This document shows, one piece after another, positions 1 to 9,736 of a stretch of 64,000 nt of DNA. Within the stretch, counting starts at the first letter, position 1, and the number at the start of each line of letters is the position of its first letter. Origin of the DNA: Gemmatimonadaceae bacterium (lineage in GTDB: Bacteria > Gemmatimonadota > Gemmatimonadetes > Gemmatimonadales > Gemmatimonadaceae); assembly GCA_035936715.1 (NCBI GenBank), contig DASYVU010000194.1, positions 223 to 64,222 on the forward strand, written 5' to 3'. The notes beneath the pieces are model-generated. The model did not search any database, had not been told where the DNA came from, and worked only from the letters and a program-made list of their open reading frames with translations. Made by a program: the position numbers and the translations under genes.

Positions 1-117
1 CGAATCCTAAATAATGCGTCGGTACACGGCGAACGCAAATCTGAACATGGCAAAAGCATGGCGGATCTCGGCGGGTGCCACCGGCCTCAGGGTGAGCGTC
101 TTCAGCTTTTCGGCTAA
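1..117 (+). CDS. Possible 3' end of a gene entering the window (…GERLQLFG*)
   Basis: Frame 1 is open from base 1 to TAA at 115-117 and overlaps the stop of the convergent PPTase gene; too short to identify. Confidence 0.3.
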   Translation, partial: RILNNASVHGERKSEHGKSMADLGGCHRPQGERLQLFG

Positions 118-740
118 TGTTTCACCGCGCACGTGTACAGCCGCCAATCGGAGTCAGAAGCAGCGACGGCGGCGATGTACCCGGGACACGGTGAAAACAG
201 CTTGTGGGTGAGGTTACTGGGGTTACCCGCGCTTTCCTGTCCGGACCAGACGTTTTTTCCTTCGGCCTTCAGTCGCGCCTCTCTCACCACCCACGATCTG
301 AGGAAGCTCGCGTCGCGCTCTTCGGGATCCGTAGCGGCCAGCGTCCGGACCTCGTCTTCCGACATGAACCGCTGAGCCACATCGAGAAGGCGGCGGACCG
401 GCCGCTCGTTCTCGACATCCACACCGACCGCTCTGTCCGGCGCGAACGCAAACAGCCCCAGCTCGGCGGAATGCGAAATGTTGAAGTTGATGTCGTGATC
501 CACCAGCGATGGCTTTCCTCCGCTTCCGTACTCGAACTTGAGCTTTTGCGCAGGGGTGCCCGTAAACCCCGACAAGAGATCACGAAGGATTCCGCGGGCC
601 ACCACGAAGCGCCGCGCAAGGACCGGCGGAAGGTCGTCGGCGCGCCGGCGCTCTTCGACTGCAAGAGTGTCCGCGAGATCCGCATAACGCGAGTCCGTCA
701 CCTCGAGCGGCGCTACCCACACCTGCACTTCTTCCGTCAT
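114..740 (-). CDS. 4'-phosphopantetheinyl transferase (Sfp/Gsp type)
   Basis: GKP, FNISHS, VGVDVE and W-x-x-R-EA-x-x-KA motifs; start placed at MTEEVQ. Confidence 0.9.
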   Translation of the reverse strand: MTEEVQVWVAPLEVTDSRYADLADTLAVEERRRADDLPPVLARRFVVARGILRDLLSGFTGTPAQKLKFEYGSGGKPSLVDHDINFNISHSAELGLFAFAPDRAVGVDVENERPVRRLLDVAQRFMSEDEVRTLAATDPEERDASFLRSWVVREARLKAEGKNVWSGQESAGNPSNLTHKLFSPCPGYIAAVAASDSDWRLYTCAVKH

Positions 741-744
741 CAGC

Positions 745-1227
745 TCAAGCGATCTCAATGATCTCTACCTCCGCATTTCCGCCCGAAATTGTCAACCGCG
801 CCACGCTCGGCACGAGATTGAAGCGCTTGGGACCCGCGGCTCCGGGGTTCACGAACAGTCTCCCACCGAGTTTAGTCACCAGCGGCCGGTGCGTGTGACC
901 GTAAACCACCACATCGGCACCATAGCGATCTGCCAGTCGCTCCGGTGTTGGACTCCCTACCTCGTGCCCATGACTCACGTGGACACTCATACCCTCGACG
1001 TTCATCAGGATCTCGGGAGCGAGCTCCGGGTCACCGGCCGGGTCGGTGTTGCCGAGCACCGCACGGACCGGCGCGATCAATCGCAGCTCATCGAGAATGC
1101 CCGATCCACCCACGTCCCCCGCGTGGAGAATCAAGGCGACTCCCCTTAAGGCATCGTGAACCCCCGGCCTCAAGAGTCCGTGAGTATCGGAGATGAGTCC
1201 GAGCGGGTGAGTAACAAGGTGTACCAT
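745..1227 (-). CDS. YfcE-family metallophosphoesterase
   Basis: ISDTHG, HAGD, GNTD, HGH, GHTH and NPG motifs. Confidence 0.9.
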   Translation of the reverse strand: MVHLVTHPLGLISDTHGLLRPGVHDALRGVALILHAGDVGGSGILDELRLIAPVRAVLGNTDPAGDPELAPEILMNVEGMSVHVSHGHEVGSPTPERLADRYGADVVVYGHTHRPLVTKLGGRLFVNPGAAGPKRFNLVPSVARLTISGGNAEVEIIEIA

Positions 1228-1253
1228 AGCGCTTTCTATATATTACGAGCGTA

Positions 1254-1502
1254 ATGCCGTGGCTACGACTTGCAATGAGACTCAGCCTTCGGGCAATACG
1301 CCGCCCCCGATTGGCGCTCAATCTGTTACGGGTTGCCTGGCGTTTCCGGGCCACTAACTGGTACCGCCAGTTCCCCTTCCTTCCGTTGCCTGATGCCACC
1401 TACCTCCGCTGGCGCATGTACACGGCGTATGGTGACTACGGCGCAGTACCTTCGGCCGCTGACGTAGAGCGTTACGCACGCTGGGCCAGCGCAAGCGAAT
1501 GA
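1254..1502 (+). CDS. Small hypothetical protein
   Basis: 82 aa with PFLPLP..YLRWR.YTAYG; stop overlaps the queG start (ATGA). Confidence 0.65.
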   Translation: MPWLRLAMRLSLRAIRRPRLALNLLRVAWRFRATNWYRQFPFLPLPDATYLRWRMYTAYGDYGAVPSAADVERYARWASASE

Positions 1503-2449
1503 CAGGGGCAGTCGCGGAATTCATGGCGCTCGAAGACATGGTCAAGGCGCAAGCCTACGGCCTCGGCTTCGATCTCGTCGGGATCGCCACGCTCGGCCCG
1601 ATGGAGACTGCGGGAACATTTGACGCATGGATCGAAAAGGGCTACGCCGGCGAAATGGACTATCTGCCGCGCGGTGCGGCTAAGCGTCGCGACTCACGTC
1701 TGGCCTTTAGCGGCGCCACCAGCGCGATTGTCGTCGGTCTCGATTACGGCGGTCGGGAGGCGAGTGGTCCCGTGGCGCGTTACGCGCGCGGTGACGACTA
1801 CCATGACGTGATGGCTGAAAGGCTGAACGAGCTGCATAGGTGGGTGCAGCTCGAGGTCGGCCGCCCGATTGCGGGAAAGGCCTACGTCGATACGGGACCC
1901 ATCCTCGAGCGCGATCTCGCGCGGCGCGCAGGACTGGGCTGGTTCGGCAAGAACACGAATCTGGTGAACCCCCGGCTGGGATCCTTCTTTTTCATCGGGT
2001 CGCTGCTGGTGGATCTGGATCTCGCTCCCGATTCGCCGTTCGAGTCCGATCGCTGCGGAAGCTGCACGCGCTGTCTGGACGCCTGTCCAACGAAAGCGTT
2101 CGTCGAGCCGCGCGTATTGGACGCCACGCGCTGCATTTCGTATCTCACGATCGAATTGAAGGGAGAGATCCCCGAAGCATTTCATGAGGCAATCGGATCG
2201 AACATTTATGGCTGCGACATCTGCCAGGACGTTTGTCCTTACAACGTCAAGTTCGCGCGCGAGCTGCGGGAACCGGCATTCGCTGTGCGGGAGGCGATCC
2301 GCGACAAGAATCCGGAGACGCTCGCCCGCGATCTCCTCGCCATGGGCGACGAGGAGTTCCGCTCAGCCTTCAGGCGGTCACCGATGAAGCGCGCCAAGCG
2401 CCGCGGGCTCGCGCGAAATGCGGCTGTGGTACTCGGAAACAGAGGTTAG
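1499..2449 (+). CDS. queG: tRNA epoxyqueuosine reductase
   Basis: ARYARGDDYH, YVDTGP.LER, GLGWFGKN, CGSCTRCLDACPT, CISYLTIE and GCDICQDVCPYN. Confidence 0.95.
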   Translation: MTGAVAEFMALEDMVKAQAYGLGFDLVGIATLGPMETAGTFDAWIEKGYAGEMDYLPRGAAKRRDSRLAFSGATSAIVVGLDYGGREASGPVARYARGDDYHDVMAERLNELHRWVQLEVGRPIAGKAYVDTGPILERDLARRAGLGWFGKNTNLVNPRLGSFFFIGSLLVDLDLAPDSPFESDRCGSCTRCLDACPTKAFVEPRVLDATRCISYLTIELKGEIPEAFHEAIGSNIYGCDICQDVCPYNVKFARELREPAFAVREAIRDKNPETLARDLLAMGDEEFRSAFRRSPMKRAKRRGLARNAAVVLGNRG

Positions 2450-2489
2450 AAGTTCTTGGCGCGGGAGCGAGAGAATTCGCTCTTTGACC

Positions 2490-3125
2490 TCAGTCGGGAG
2501 TGTTGCAGCCCAGGATCTTGAGCGCGAGGCACGCAGCGCCAAATCCATTGTCGATGTTCACGACGGCGACCCCAGGGCTGCAGCTGGCAAGCATTGTGTT
2601 CAGCGCGACCATTCCGCCTTGAGCCACACCTGTTCCAATGGATGTCGGAACGCCGATCACTGCCGCGCCTATCAGACCCGCAACAACAGCCGGCAGCGCG
2701 CCATCCATGCCCGCCACCACGATGCACACCCGGGTTGCAGAGAGCTCCGGCAGCACTGACTGAAGTCGATGGATTCCCGCTACTCCGACATCGAAGTGAG
2801 TGGCGGTGGGGACACCCATCGCTTCGAGCGTCGTGGCGGCCTCGAGCGCTACCGGTATGTCCGCTGTTCCGGCAGTGATTACCGGAACGACAGGCATGTC
2901 CCTTTTCTGGCGCGCATTGCGAACCGCCATTCGCGCCTCCGGGTAGATCGTCGCCAACTCGCTCAGCACCTGCATCTGATCGTCGCTCAGACGCGATGCG
3001 ATTCGCAGCTCGGTCGTACCATCGAAGATCTGGCGCAGGTGCGCGCTCGTTTTTCCCGGGCCGTAGACGACCTCAGGGATTCCGGTGCGGGCTTCGCGAT
3101 CGCGATCCCAACGGATCTGATTCAT
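2490..3125 (-). CDS. larB: Nickel pincer cofactor biosynthesis carboxylase/hydrolase LarB
   Basis: R..RTGIPEVVY..GKT, TAGTAD.PVA.EA, DVGVAGIHRL, VAGMDGALP, VPTS.G and VVNIDNGFGAA; start placed at MNQIRW, coupled to the larE stop. Confidence 0.93.
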   Translation of the reverse strand: MNQIRWDRDREARTGIPEVVYGPGKTSAHLRQIFDGTTELRIASRLSDDQMQVLSELATIYPEARMAVRNARQKRDMPVVPVITAGTADIPVALEAATTLEAMGVPTATHFDVGVAGIHRLQSVLPELSATRVCIVVAGMDGALPAVVAGLIGAAVIGVPTSIGTGVAQGGMVALNTMLASCSPGVAVVNIDNGFGAACLALKILGCNTPD

Positions 3126-3967
3126 GACCCTACCAGAGGCAGCGAGAGACTTCCGCTTTGCAATCCGCCGAGATCGAGCGTGACGAACTTGAAACCGGCT
3201 CTCCTGCAGGCGCGACGCAGCTCCCCTCTCAGTGGATCGGTCACGACACGCTCGAACATTTCCGCGGGAATCTCGAGGCGAACTACTGTTTCGTGCCATC
3301 GGGCGCGTGCAGGCCAAACGTCGTGCAGCCTCAGAAACTCTTCGACGGTCTCGATCTGTGCGAGCCGCTCCGGCGTCACCTCCGTGCCGACCGGAACTCT
3401 GCTGGCCAGACAGGGCGCTGCCGGCTTCTCCGCATTCGAGAGATTCCAGTGGCGTGCCAGAGCTCGAACGTCGGATTTATGGAGTCCCGCATCTACCAGC
3501 GGCGCCACTACGCCTCGCTCCATTGCCGCCTGCAAGCCGGGCCGGTGTTCGCCGAGGTCGTCAACGTGTGTTCCGACGAAGATCACCTCGTCCGAATTCC
3601 TGCTCGCGGCCAGCGCTTGCACCGTGTCGTAAAGGGCGCTCTTGCAGTAATAGCAGCGGTCGCCGGCGTTATTTCGATATCCGGCGAGATCCATCTCGTT
3701 TGTCTCCACTTCCTCGACACACGCACCGATCTCATTGGCGATTCGGTGCGCTTCAGCGCGCTCGGAGGCAGCGAGCGATGGGCTCACGCCGAGCAGGGCG
3801 ATCGTATCCACTCCAGCGCGCACTGAAGCCGCGAGGACAACGGTGGAATCAATTCCGCCGGAGAAGCAGACGTAAGCCACGCGGTCCCGCGCGGCGGAGT
3901 TGACTGCATCGAGAAGCTTCTGCTCGAGCTCCAATTCACTTACCTCGGGGAGTGGTGTGCTTGCCAT
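3122..3967 (-). CDS. larE: ATP-dependent sulfur transferase LarE
   Basis: PP-loop FSGGIDS, RCYYCK, DDLG.HRPG..AA, KPAAPCLASRVP and SGSL. Confidence 0.93.
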   Translation of the reverse strand: MASTPLPEVSELELEQKLLDAVNSAARDRVAYVCFSGGIDSTVVLAASVRAGVDTIALLGVSPSLAASERAEAHRIANEIGACVEEVETNEMDLAGYRNNAGDRCYYCKSALYDTVQALAASRNSDEVIFVGTHVDDLGEHRPGLQAAMERGVVAPLVDAGLHKSDVRALARHWNLSNAEKPAAPCLASRVPVGTEVTPERLAQIETVEEFLRLHDVWPARARWHETVVRLEIPAEMFERVVTDPLRGELRRACRRAGFKFVTLDLGGLQSGSLSLPLVGS

Positions 3968-5162
3968 TCGAATCGCTCAGCGCGCTCAATACTTCGGAGC
4001 GGATCTCCGCCAGCGGACGCGACGTCTCCTCCGCGACTCGACGCAAATCATCGAATTCGGGCTTCGCACGCTTTGAGCCGTCCGGCAGCGTCGCCACTTT
4101 CACCCGAATGTCTCGACCATTGAAGCGAACCATCCTCGATTCACGGGCGAGCGCGCTACGCACAACGTCGAAGGTCTTCACGCCAAGCGTGGTGAAGTGC
4201 TGGAATATCTTTTCCTCGATCCGCGAGAGATCCGAAGCCCGCACGAGCGCTTCGACGCGAGTGCCGAGACGCCCCTTCTTCATCGTAGTGTGGAGCAGCA
4301 CGACATCCAGGGCGCCATCGGCCCGCAACACATCCGCCGCGCCAGCAACCTCTTCAGGCGGCATGTCGTCGATGTCGGCGCTCAGCACATGCAGATGTTC
4401 GGTGTGTACATGTTCGCGATGACGGTGGTGTTCGTAGCTATCCACCGCTGCCTCACCAAGAATTATTCGCAGCGCGTTCAGCTGTCCGTGAATGTCGCGG
4501 GTGCCGGCGCCGTATCCGCTTCTCAAGGGACTGTACTCATTGGGCGGCTCACCCTTCGATAGAACCTTGAGCAGCGCCGCGCCGGTCGGGGTGGTGAGCT
4601 CACCCGATCCAGGCGGACCGTGTCGGACGTTGAATCCTTCGAGCAGACGTATCGTCGCCGGAGTGGGCACTGGAAGAACGCCGTGCGCTGTCTTCACCGT
4701 GCCCTCACCAAGCGAGACCTTCGTGTTGTAAATGCGCTCTATGCCCAACAGCTCGACACCCCAGATGGAGCCGACAATATCCAGAATCGCGTCAACCGCG
4801 CCGACTTCGTGCAAGTGCAGCTCATCGGGCGCGACACCATGGATCGCGCTCTCTATCGCCGCAATCGTGTCGAACGCCGAGTGAGCTGAGCGCGCGACTT
4901 TTTCCGGAATCTTCACCGCATCGATCATCCGATGGATCTCCGAGACAGCCCTTCCATGCGGCTGCGGGGGAATGTCGAAGTCCACCTTGACGCAGTGGAC
5001 GTGGGAGCGCTCCACATCCTTGATGCGAACCTCGACTCCCGACAGGCCCAGTGTGGACGCCAATCGCTCGACCCACGCCTTATCGAGTCCGACATCGACG
5101 AGTGCGCCGAGGAACATGTCTCCGGCGATGCCGCTGGCCGGGTCGAGGATTGCGATTTTCAT
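3936..5162 (-). CDS. larC: Nickel insertase LarC (single-chain C1+C2)
   Basis: SGIAGDM.LGAL, H.HEVGAVD.I.DIVG, HG.LPVP.PAT, ELTTPTGAA, His-rich linker, MKKGR.G and KPEFDD; start placed at MKIAILD. Confidence 0.93.
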   Translation of the reverse strand: MKIAILDPASGIAGDMFLGALVDVGLDKAWVERLASTLGLSGVEVRIKDVERSHVHCVKVDFDIPPQPHGRAVSEIHRMIDAVKIPEKVARSAHSAFDTIAAIESAIHGVAPDELHLHEVGAVDAILDIVGSIWGVELLGIERIYNTKVSLGEGTVKTAHGVLPVPTPATIRLLEGFNVRHGPPGSGELTTPTGAALLKVLSKGEPPNEYSPLRSGYGAGTRDIHGQLNALRIILGEAAVDSYEHHRHREHVHTEHLHVLSADIDDMPPEEVAGAADVLRADGALDVVLLHTTMKKGRLGTRVEALVRASDLSRIEEKIFQHFTTLGVKTFDVVRSALARESRMVRFNGRDIRVKVATLPDGSKRAKPEFDDLRRVAEETSRPLAEIRSEVLSALSDSNGKHTTPRGK

Positions 5163-5280
5163 GAGTGGGTGCTGGGACCGACGCCCGGGAATGGGAGTGA
5201 AACCGGCCTTCTCGTGTAAACTAGCGGTTCCGCGGGCGAGGGTGAATCGGTCCGGCAGAATCGATCGGAATGCCTCCGGA

Positions 5281-5910
5281 CTAACGCGTCGTTCGGCGCG
5301 ATGCGATTTCCGTGACGACCTCGAAGCAGCATTTCGGCTCATCTTCGCGGCTGCAGCAGATGCGCACGGGCGTCGACAGGTATTGCTCCAGAAAACCCTC
5401 GAGAACCTTGCAGGCCGCGGGGTTCTCCGAGGTGAGAGCCGACAATGGACAGCCGAGGCTTCTGATCAGCATCGATCCATTGTGCGTCCGCACCTCGGTG
5501 ATGCCGCCGAACGTCTTGAGGAGTCGTGCCGCAGAATGAACTTTGTCCCTCACCCTCCCCGTGGGCTTCGCGTACCTGTACGCGAGTGATTTTCCGGTCT
5601 CGGTCATGAATGAGTCGAGCTGTGTGCCGGCGCACTGCCCTTCAGCCACACGCATGAACTGCGTGAGTACCGGAAGGTAAAGCGTCGAAAACTGGACCTG
5701 GCCTGCGAGCGTAATCGCGTACACGGCTGAGGGCTTGCTTGTGCCTGGCCGCGAGCCGGAGCGAAATGCGAGTTCCGCATCTTGGAGTTTTCGGAGCTGA
5801 TTCCTCACCGCGTTTGGCGTAAGGCGCAGAGTTGCGGCAATCTGCTCGACGGTCCGGGGGCCGTGACGAAGCTCGGCGAGGACCCTTCGGGCAGGACTAT
5901 TGGGCTTCAT
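5281..5910 (-). CDS. SufR-like/ArsR-type HTH transcriptional regulator with C-terminal Cys
   Basis: N-terminal HTH (TVEQIAATLRLTPNAVRNQL), KPS..Y.IT..G and C-terminal CPL…C…CC…CC. Confidence 0.8.
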   Translation of the reverse strand: MKPNSPARRVLAELRHGPRTVEQIAATLRLTPNAVRNQLRKLQDAELAFRSGSRPGTSKPSAVYAITLAGQVQFSTLYLPVLTQFMRVAEGQCAGTQLDSFMTETGKSLAYRYAKPTGRVRDKVHSAARLLKTFGGITEVRTHNGSMLIRSLGCPLSALTSENPAACKVLEGFLEQYLSTPVRICCSREDEPKCCFEVVTEIASRRTTR

Positions 5911-6138
5911 GTGAGGGACTGACATAACGAATCTTCAGATCGTTGGATTGTGCGCTAGGCCCCGTTCTACCTCTATCAATTTGAACACTCAAGAACTGAT
6001 CCGTATTGGTTCGGCGGGGACGAGCCCGGGACTCGGCTGCGCTTGAGAAGATACTGCAGTGATGACTTGACAATCTCCGGGGATCTGCGCAGGCTTAGAG
6101 GCGGACAGAGTGCAGCCAATCTCCGGCGAGGGGTGAGC

Positions 6139-7386
6139 ATGTCAATCGATTTTGGACGCTTCGACGCAGGATCGCTTGTTCATCGGGTTGGCGCTGCTCT
6201 CTTTGTCGTGTTAGGTGTCGCGTGCGCGACCCAGCCTCCTTCGAGCGAGATGTCCGCCGGCAGCCCAACCGGGGCCGGTGCCGCAAGCGACGACTTCTCC
6301 CCTCAGACCTTGGCAGCAGGCCGTCAGGTATTCCGCTTCGACACCTTCGGCGACGAGCAATTTTGGACCGACACCGCTCAGATGCAAGAAGTCGTGCAGA
6401 AATCAGTCAGCCCGGTAACCGCTCTTTCGGTGGGCCTCAAGGTCGATGCCGACGCGATTCCGGCAGATGTCGCCGCCGCGATAAAGGCCGGCAAGGTAAA
6501 TCTCAACGATCCCGCGACCACAGTCACCCTCCTCAAGCTGAACGCAGTGGTCGGACTCATGGGCACCGTAAGCACCGTCGATGGAAAGGACCATCTCACG
6601 CGACTCGGCATTACCTGCGCGCTCTGTCATTCGACGGTCGACGATTCATTCTCGAAGGGGATAGGACACCGGAAGGATGGCTGGCCCAATCGCGATCTCA
6701 ATGTTGGAGCTATCATCGCGCTGTCTCCGGCGATCACACCAGCACAGAAGGCAGTCTACAACTCCTGGGGGCCGGGGAAGTACGACCCGCGATTCAACAT
6801 CGACGGAAAGAGTACACCGCTCTTACTTCCCCCGGCCTATGGTCTCGCTCACGTGAGAAATGAGACCTACACCGCCGAAGGTCCGATCTCCTATTGGAAC
6901 GCATACGTGGCTGTAACCCAGATGCACGGACACGGGAACTTCTCCGATCCGCGCCTCGGCATCAACATCCGCCAGACTCCCGATATGGTCGGACCTAAGC
7001 TCGCCTCATTGCGCGCCTACCAGCACAGCATCGAAGCTCCTGCTCCCCCGGCTGGAACCTTCGACAGCGACGCTTCGACACGCGGACTGGTAGTGTTCAA
7101 CCAGAATTGTGTGACGTGTCACGTTGGTGCCAACAACACCGACAACAACTCCGGTGTGTTGCACAATCCTGCGGAAACCGGACAGGACGCTCGCTACGCT
7201 CTACGCACCGCGAACAAAGCGTATCGCACCACGCCGCTTCGCAGCCTATGGCAACATGCTCCGTATTTCCACGACGGGAGCGCGGCTAAACTCGAGGATG
7301 TCGTCACGCACTACAACAATTTCCGCCGGCTCAATCTGTCGGTCGCGCAGCAGCGGGATCTCGTTCAGTACCTGAAGTCGCTTTGA
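6139..7386 (+). CDS. Di-heme c-type cytochrome lipoprotein (CCP/MauG-like C-terminus)
   Basis: Lipobox-like GVAC, two CxxCH motifs (CALCH, CVTCH) and YRTTPLR.L...APYFHDGS. Confidence 0.8.
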   Translation: MSIDFGRFDAGSLVHRVGAALFVVLGVACATQPPSSEMSAGSPTGAGAASDDFSPQTLAAGRQVFRFDTFGDEQFWTDTAQMQEVVQKSVSPVTALSVGLKVDADAIPADVAAAIKAGKVNLNDPATTVTLLKLNAVVGLMGTVSTVDGKDHLTRLGITCALCHSTVDDSFSKGIGHRKDGWPNRDLNVGAIIALSPAITPAQKAVYNSWGPGKYDPRFNIDGKSTPLLLPPAYGLAHVRNETYTAEGPISYWNAYVAVTQMHGHGNFSDPRLGINIRQTPDMVGPKLASLRAYQHSIEAPAPPAGTFDSDASTRGLVVFNQNCVTCHVGANNTDNNSGVLHNPAETGQDARYALRTANKAYRTTPLRSLWQHAPYFHDGSAAKLEDVVTHYNNFRRLNLSVAQQRDLVQYLKSL

Positions 7387-7408
7387 TCCCACCGCCATTG
7401 CTGGTGCT

Positions 7409-9637
7409 CTAGAAGTCCCGCTCCAGGCCCAAGTACATCCGCCGGCCCATCCCGGGCAGGATCCCCGGTCCAGGATATTCCCCCGTTCTCTTCGTGAAGT
7501 AGCGGGTGTTCGCGACGTTGTTGATGCCGAAGGTCAACTCCATTCGGCCACCGAGTTTGGCGGCTCCTGACCAATCGAGCAGCGTGTACGCGGGAACAAA
7601 CCCCGCGACCGCGTCGTCGACCGGCCTGATGCTGTTGTTGGCGTCGCCGAACGAGCTGGATGTATGGCTGACCTGCAGTGTCGAGCTCACTGGCCCAACG
7701 CCGTAGGTGAGACCTGCGCGAGCAAGGACACGTGGCGCCTGCTCAACCCTGTTCCCCTTGAACTGTCCCGAGACATAGCGCGCGTCGATGTACGCGAGCG
7801 ACGTGAAGATATCAAACGCAGTCTTTGCGGAACCCGCCGAGCTAGCCAGCGGATCGAGCTCGATGTACGCTTCCGCTCCCCTATGCACGCTATTCCCGAT
7901 GTTTGACGACTCGGAAAACGAGCCCGTCGCATCAGTCGATGTGCGCGTGCCAATCCGGTCGTGATAGGAAAGGTAGAATCCACTCAGATCGAACTTGACG
8001 ACGTCGCTCACGATGCCACGCCAGCCAAGATCGGCATTGTACCCGTGCGCGGCGCGCAGATTGGGATCGACCCGAACGATGCTTCCGAGAGGAACGAGGG
8101 AGGCGTAAAGAATGGGCCGATATGCCCCTGAGACGTTGCCGTAAATCTGCGTCGAGCTACTCGCTGCGTACTGAGCTCCGACACCCATCAACGGGTAAGA
8201 GTAGCTGCGCGGCGTAAAGACGGAATCCACGTCGGTGTATCCGCGCGACGTCGACCGAACGAACTCATATCGGATGCCCGGGGTGATGGAGAAACGATCG
8301 GTGACATGCAGCAGATTTTCGGCGAACGCGGCGGCGTTGGTGGTGCCGAAGCCGAGCGCACGCTCCCATGTTCCTCCGTACAGCTTCATGTCGAAATCAC
8401 TGCCAGTCGACCCGGGTCCACCCTCGAATCTCTCCAGCGTGCCCTTGAACAGGCGAACGCCCGTCGCGAGCGTGCTCTGCCTGCCGAAGAGGCCATGATC
8501 CAGACGAACGCGGGTCTCCAGAGAGCCGCTGCGGAATGACTCGCTCTCCACTTCCCGGGGAACGTAGGTCCCGGTCTGTGGGTCGATCGCATCCAGCGCT
8601 CCCGGTCCGCCGTCCTCGTTGCGCCACACCAGGTAGCGCTTGCTGTTCATGTAGGAGAAGACGCTCTCGAGTCGCGCCGTCGGCGAGAAAGCGTAGGTCG
8701 CTCGCAGGGCTACCAGATTCCAGGGACTGGCCAACCAGTTCCTCGCACGAAAGGAGGCCCTTGGATCGGCGGAGAACTGCTCGTCGGAGAGACCGCCCGG
8801 CATATGGATGCGATTTCTGAAAGCCGTATACTCCAGTCCGAAGCGAAGGCGGTCAGTAGCTGAATAGGTAGTGCTGCCGTAAATCGCGGTCTGACGCGAC
8901 TCGCTGTTCGGTCTCCAGCCGTCGTCGTCGCGCACGTGAACGAATCCGTAGTATTTCCACCGCTCGCTCACGCCGCCGACAGAGTTGAAGGAGTTGAACA
9001 AGCCGTCGCTTCCAGCCGTCTGGGCGGAGAAAACTGTCGGCCTGCTGCGCAGATTGGACCCATCCCTCACGACGTAGTTGACCGAGCCGCCGAACTGAGG
9101 GCCAAATGCCAACGATGCTGAACCACGCACGACCTCGATTCGTGAAAGCGCTTCGGACGGCGGCGTGTAGTAAGTCTCGGGATAGCCGTACAGATCAGCG
9201 GCGATACCGATTCCATTCTGCCTGGTATTGATCTCGACCGACTGAGTCGGATCCAGACCACGAAAGCCGACACCGTTGGATGGGAAGCCCGCGCCTTCTG
9301 TCTCCGAGAAATGTGCACCCGGAATGCGTCCCAGAATTTGCCGCTCAACATCCTGCGCAACGTTTGCGCGCAGGCTGTCCATTACCAGGACCTCGGTCTT
9401 CTTCCCCGCGTAAATCACTGATTCCTGCACATCGGGCAGATGCCCGATCACGTGCAGTGGTTTGGTGGCACGGATGACTACGATTCCAACATCCGTCGCC
9501 TTTTGGGTCGTATCGGGTCTGACGTCCTGCGCCGTCAGCCCGCTCGGAAGAAAAGTGACAAAGGAGGCGGAGAGCAACGAAACGGCAGTGGTAACTGTGC
9601 GGGAGATGCTATTGATCACGTTGCGGCTTTTTTGCAT
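7409..9637 (-). CDS. TonB-dependent receptor, FecA-like
   Basis: Signal peptide, plug (FRGLDP, GYPE.YYTPP, RIEVVRGS.SL.FGPQ.GG) and C-terminal FGINN…YF…GR..YLGLERDF. Confidence 0.92.
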   Translation of the reverse strand: MQKSRNVINSISRTVTTAVSLLSASFVTFLPSGLTAQDVRPDTTQKATDVGIVVIRATKPLHVIGHLPDVQESVIYAGKKTEVLVMDSLRANVAQDVERQILGRIPGAHFSETEGAGFPSNGVGFRGLDPTQSVEINTRQNGIGIAADLYGYPETYYTPPSEALSRIEVVRGSASLAFGPQFGGSVNYVVRDGSNLRSRPTVFSAQTAGSDGLFNSFNSVGGVSERWKYYGFVHVRDDDGWRPNSESRQTAIYGSTTYSATDRLRFGLEYTAFRNRIHMPGGLSDEQFSADPRASFRARNWLASPWNLVALRATYAFSPTARLESVFSYMNSKRYLVWRNEDGGPGALDAIDPQTGTYVPREVESESFRSGSLETRVRLDHGLFGRQSTLATGVRLFKGTLERFEGGPGSTGSDFDMKLYGGTWERALGFGTTNAAAFAENLLHVTDRFSITPGIRYEFVRSTSRGYTDVDSVFTPRSYSYPLMGVGAQYAASSSTQIYGNVSGAYRPILYASLVPLGSIVRVDPNLRAAHGYNADLGWRGIVSDVVKFDLSGFYLSYHDRIGTRTSTDATGSFSESSNIGNSVHRGAEAYIELDPLASSAGSAKTAFDIFTSLAYIDARYVSGQFKGNRVEQAPRVLARAGLTYGVGPVSSTLQVSHTSSSFGDANNSIRPVDDAVAGFVPAYTLLDWSGAAKLGGRMELTFGINNVANTRYFTKRTGEYPGPGILPGMGRRMYLGLERDF

Positions 9638-9736
9638 GTGTTGAGCTTAGGGCCAATCCCTAATCCCGAGAATTCTAGTCCCCATTCAGTGAAGGTCAAG
9701 TTCTGACCCGGAATTCTTCTTGCACCCGCGCCGCGC

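Noticed and set aside
114-740. Sfp-type PPTase as a marker of a PKS/NRPS cluster
   Set aside because: No carrier-protein or synthase genes in the window; the sequence left of base 1 is unseen
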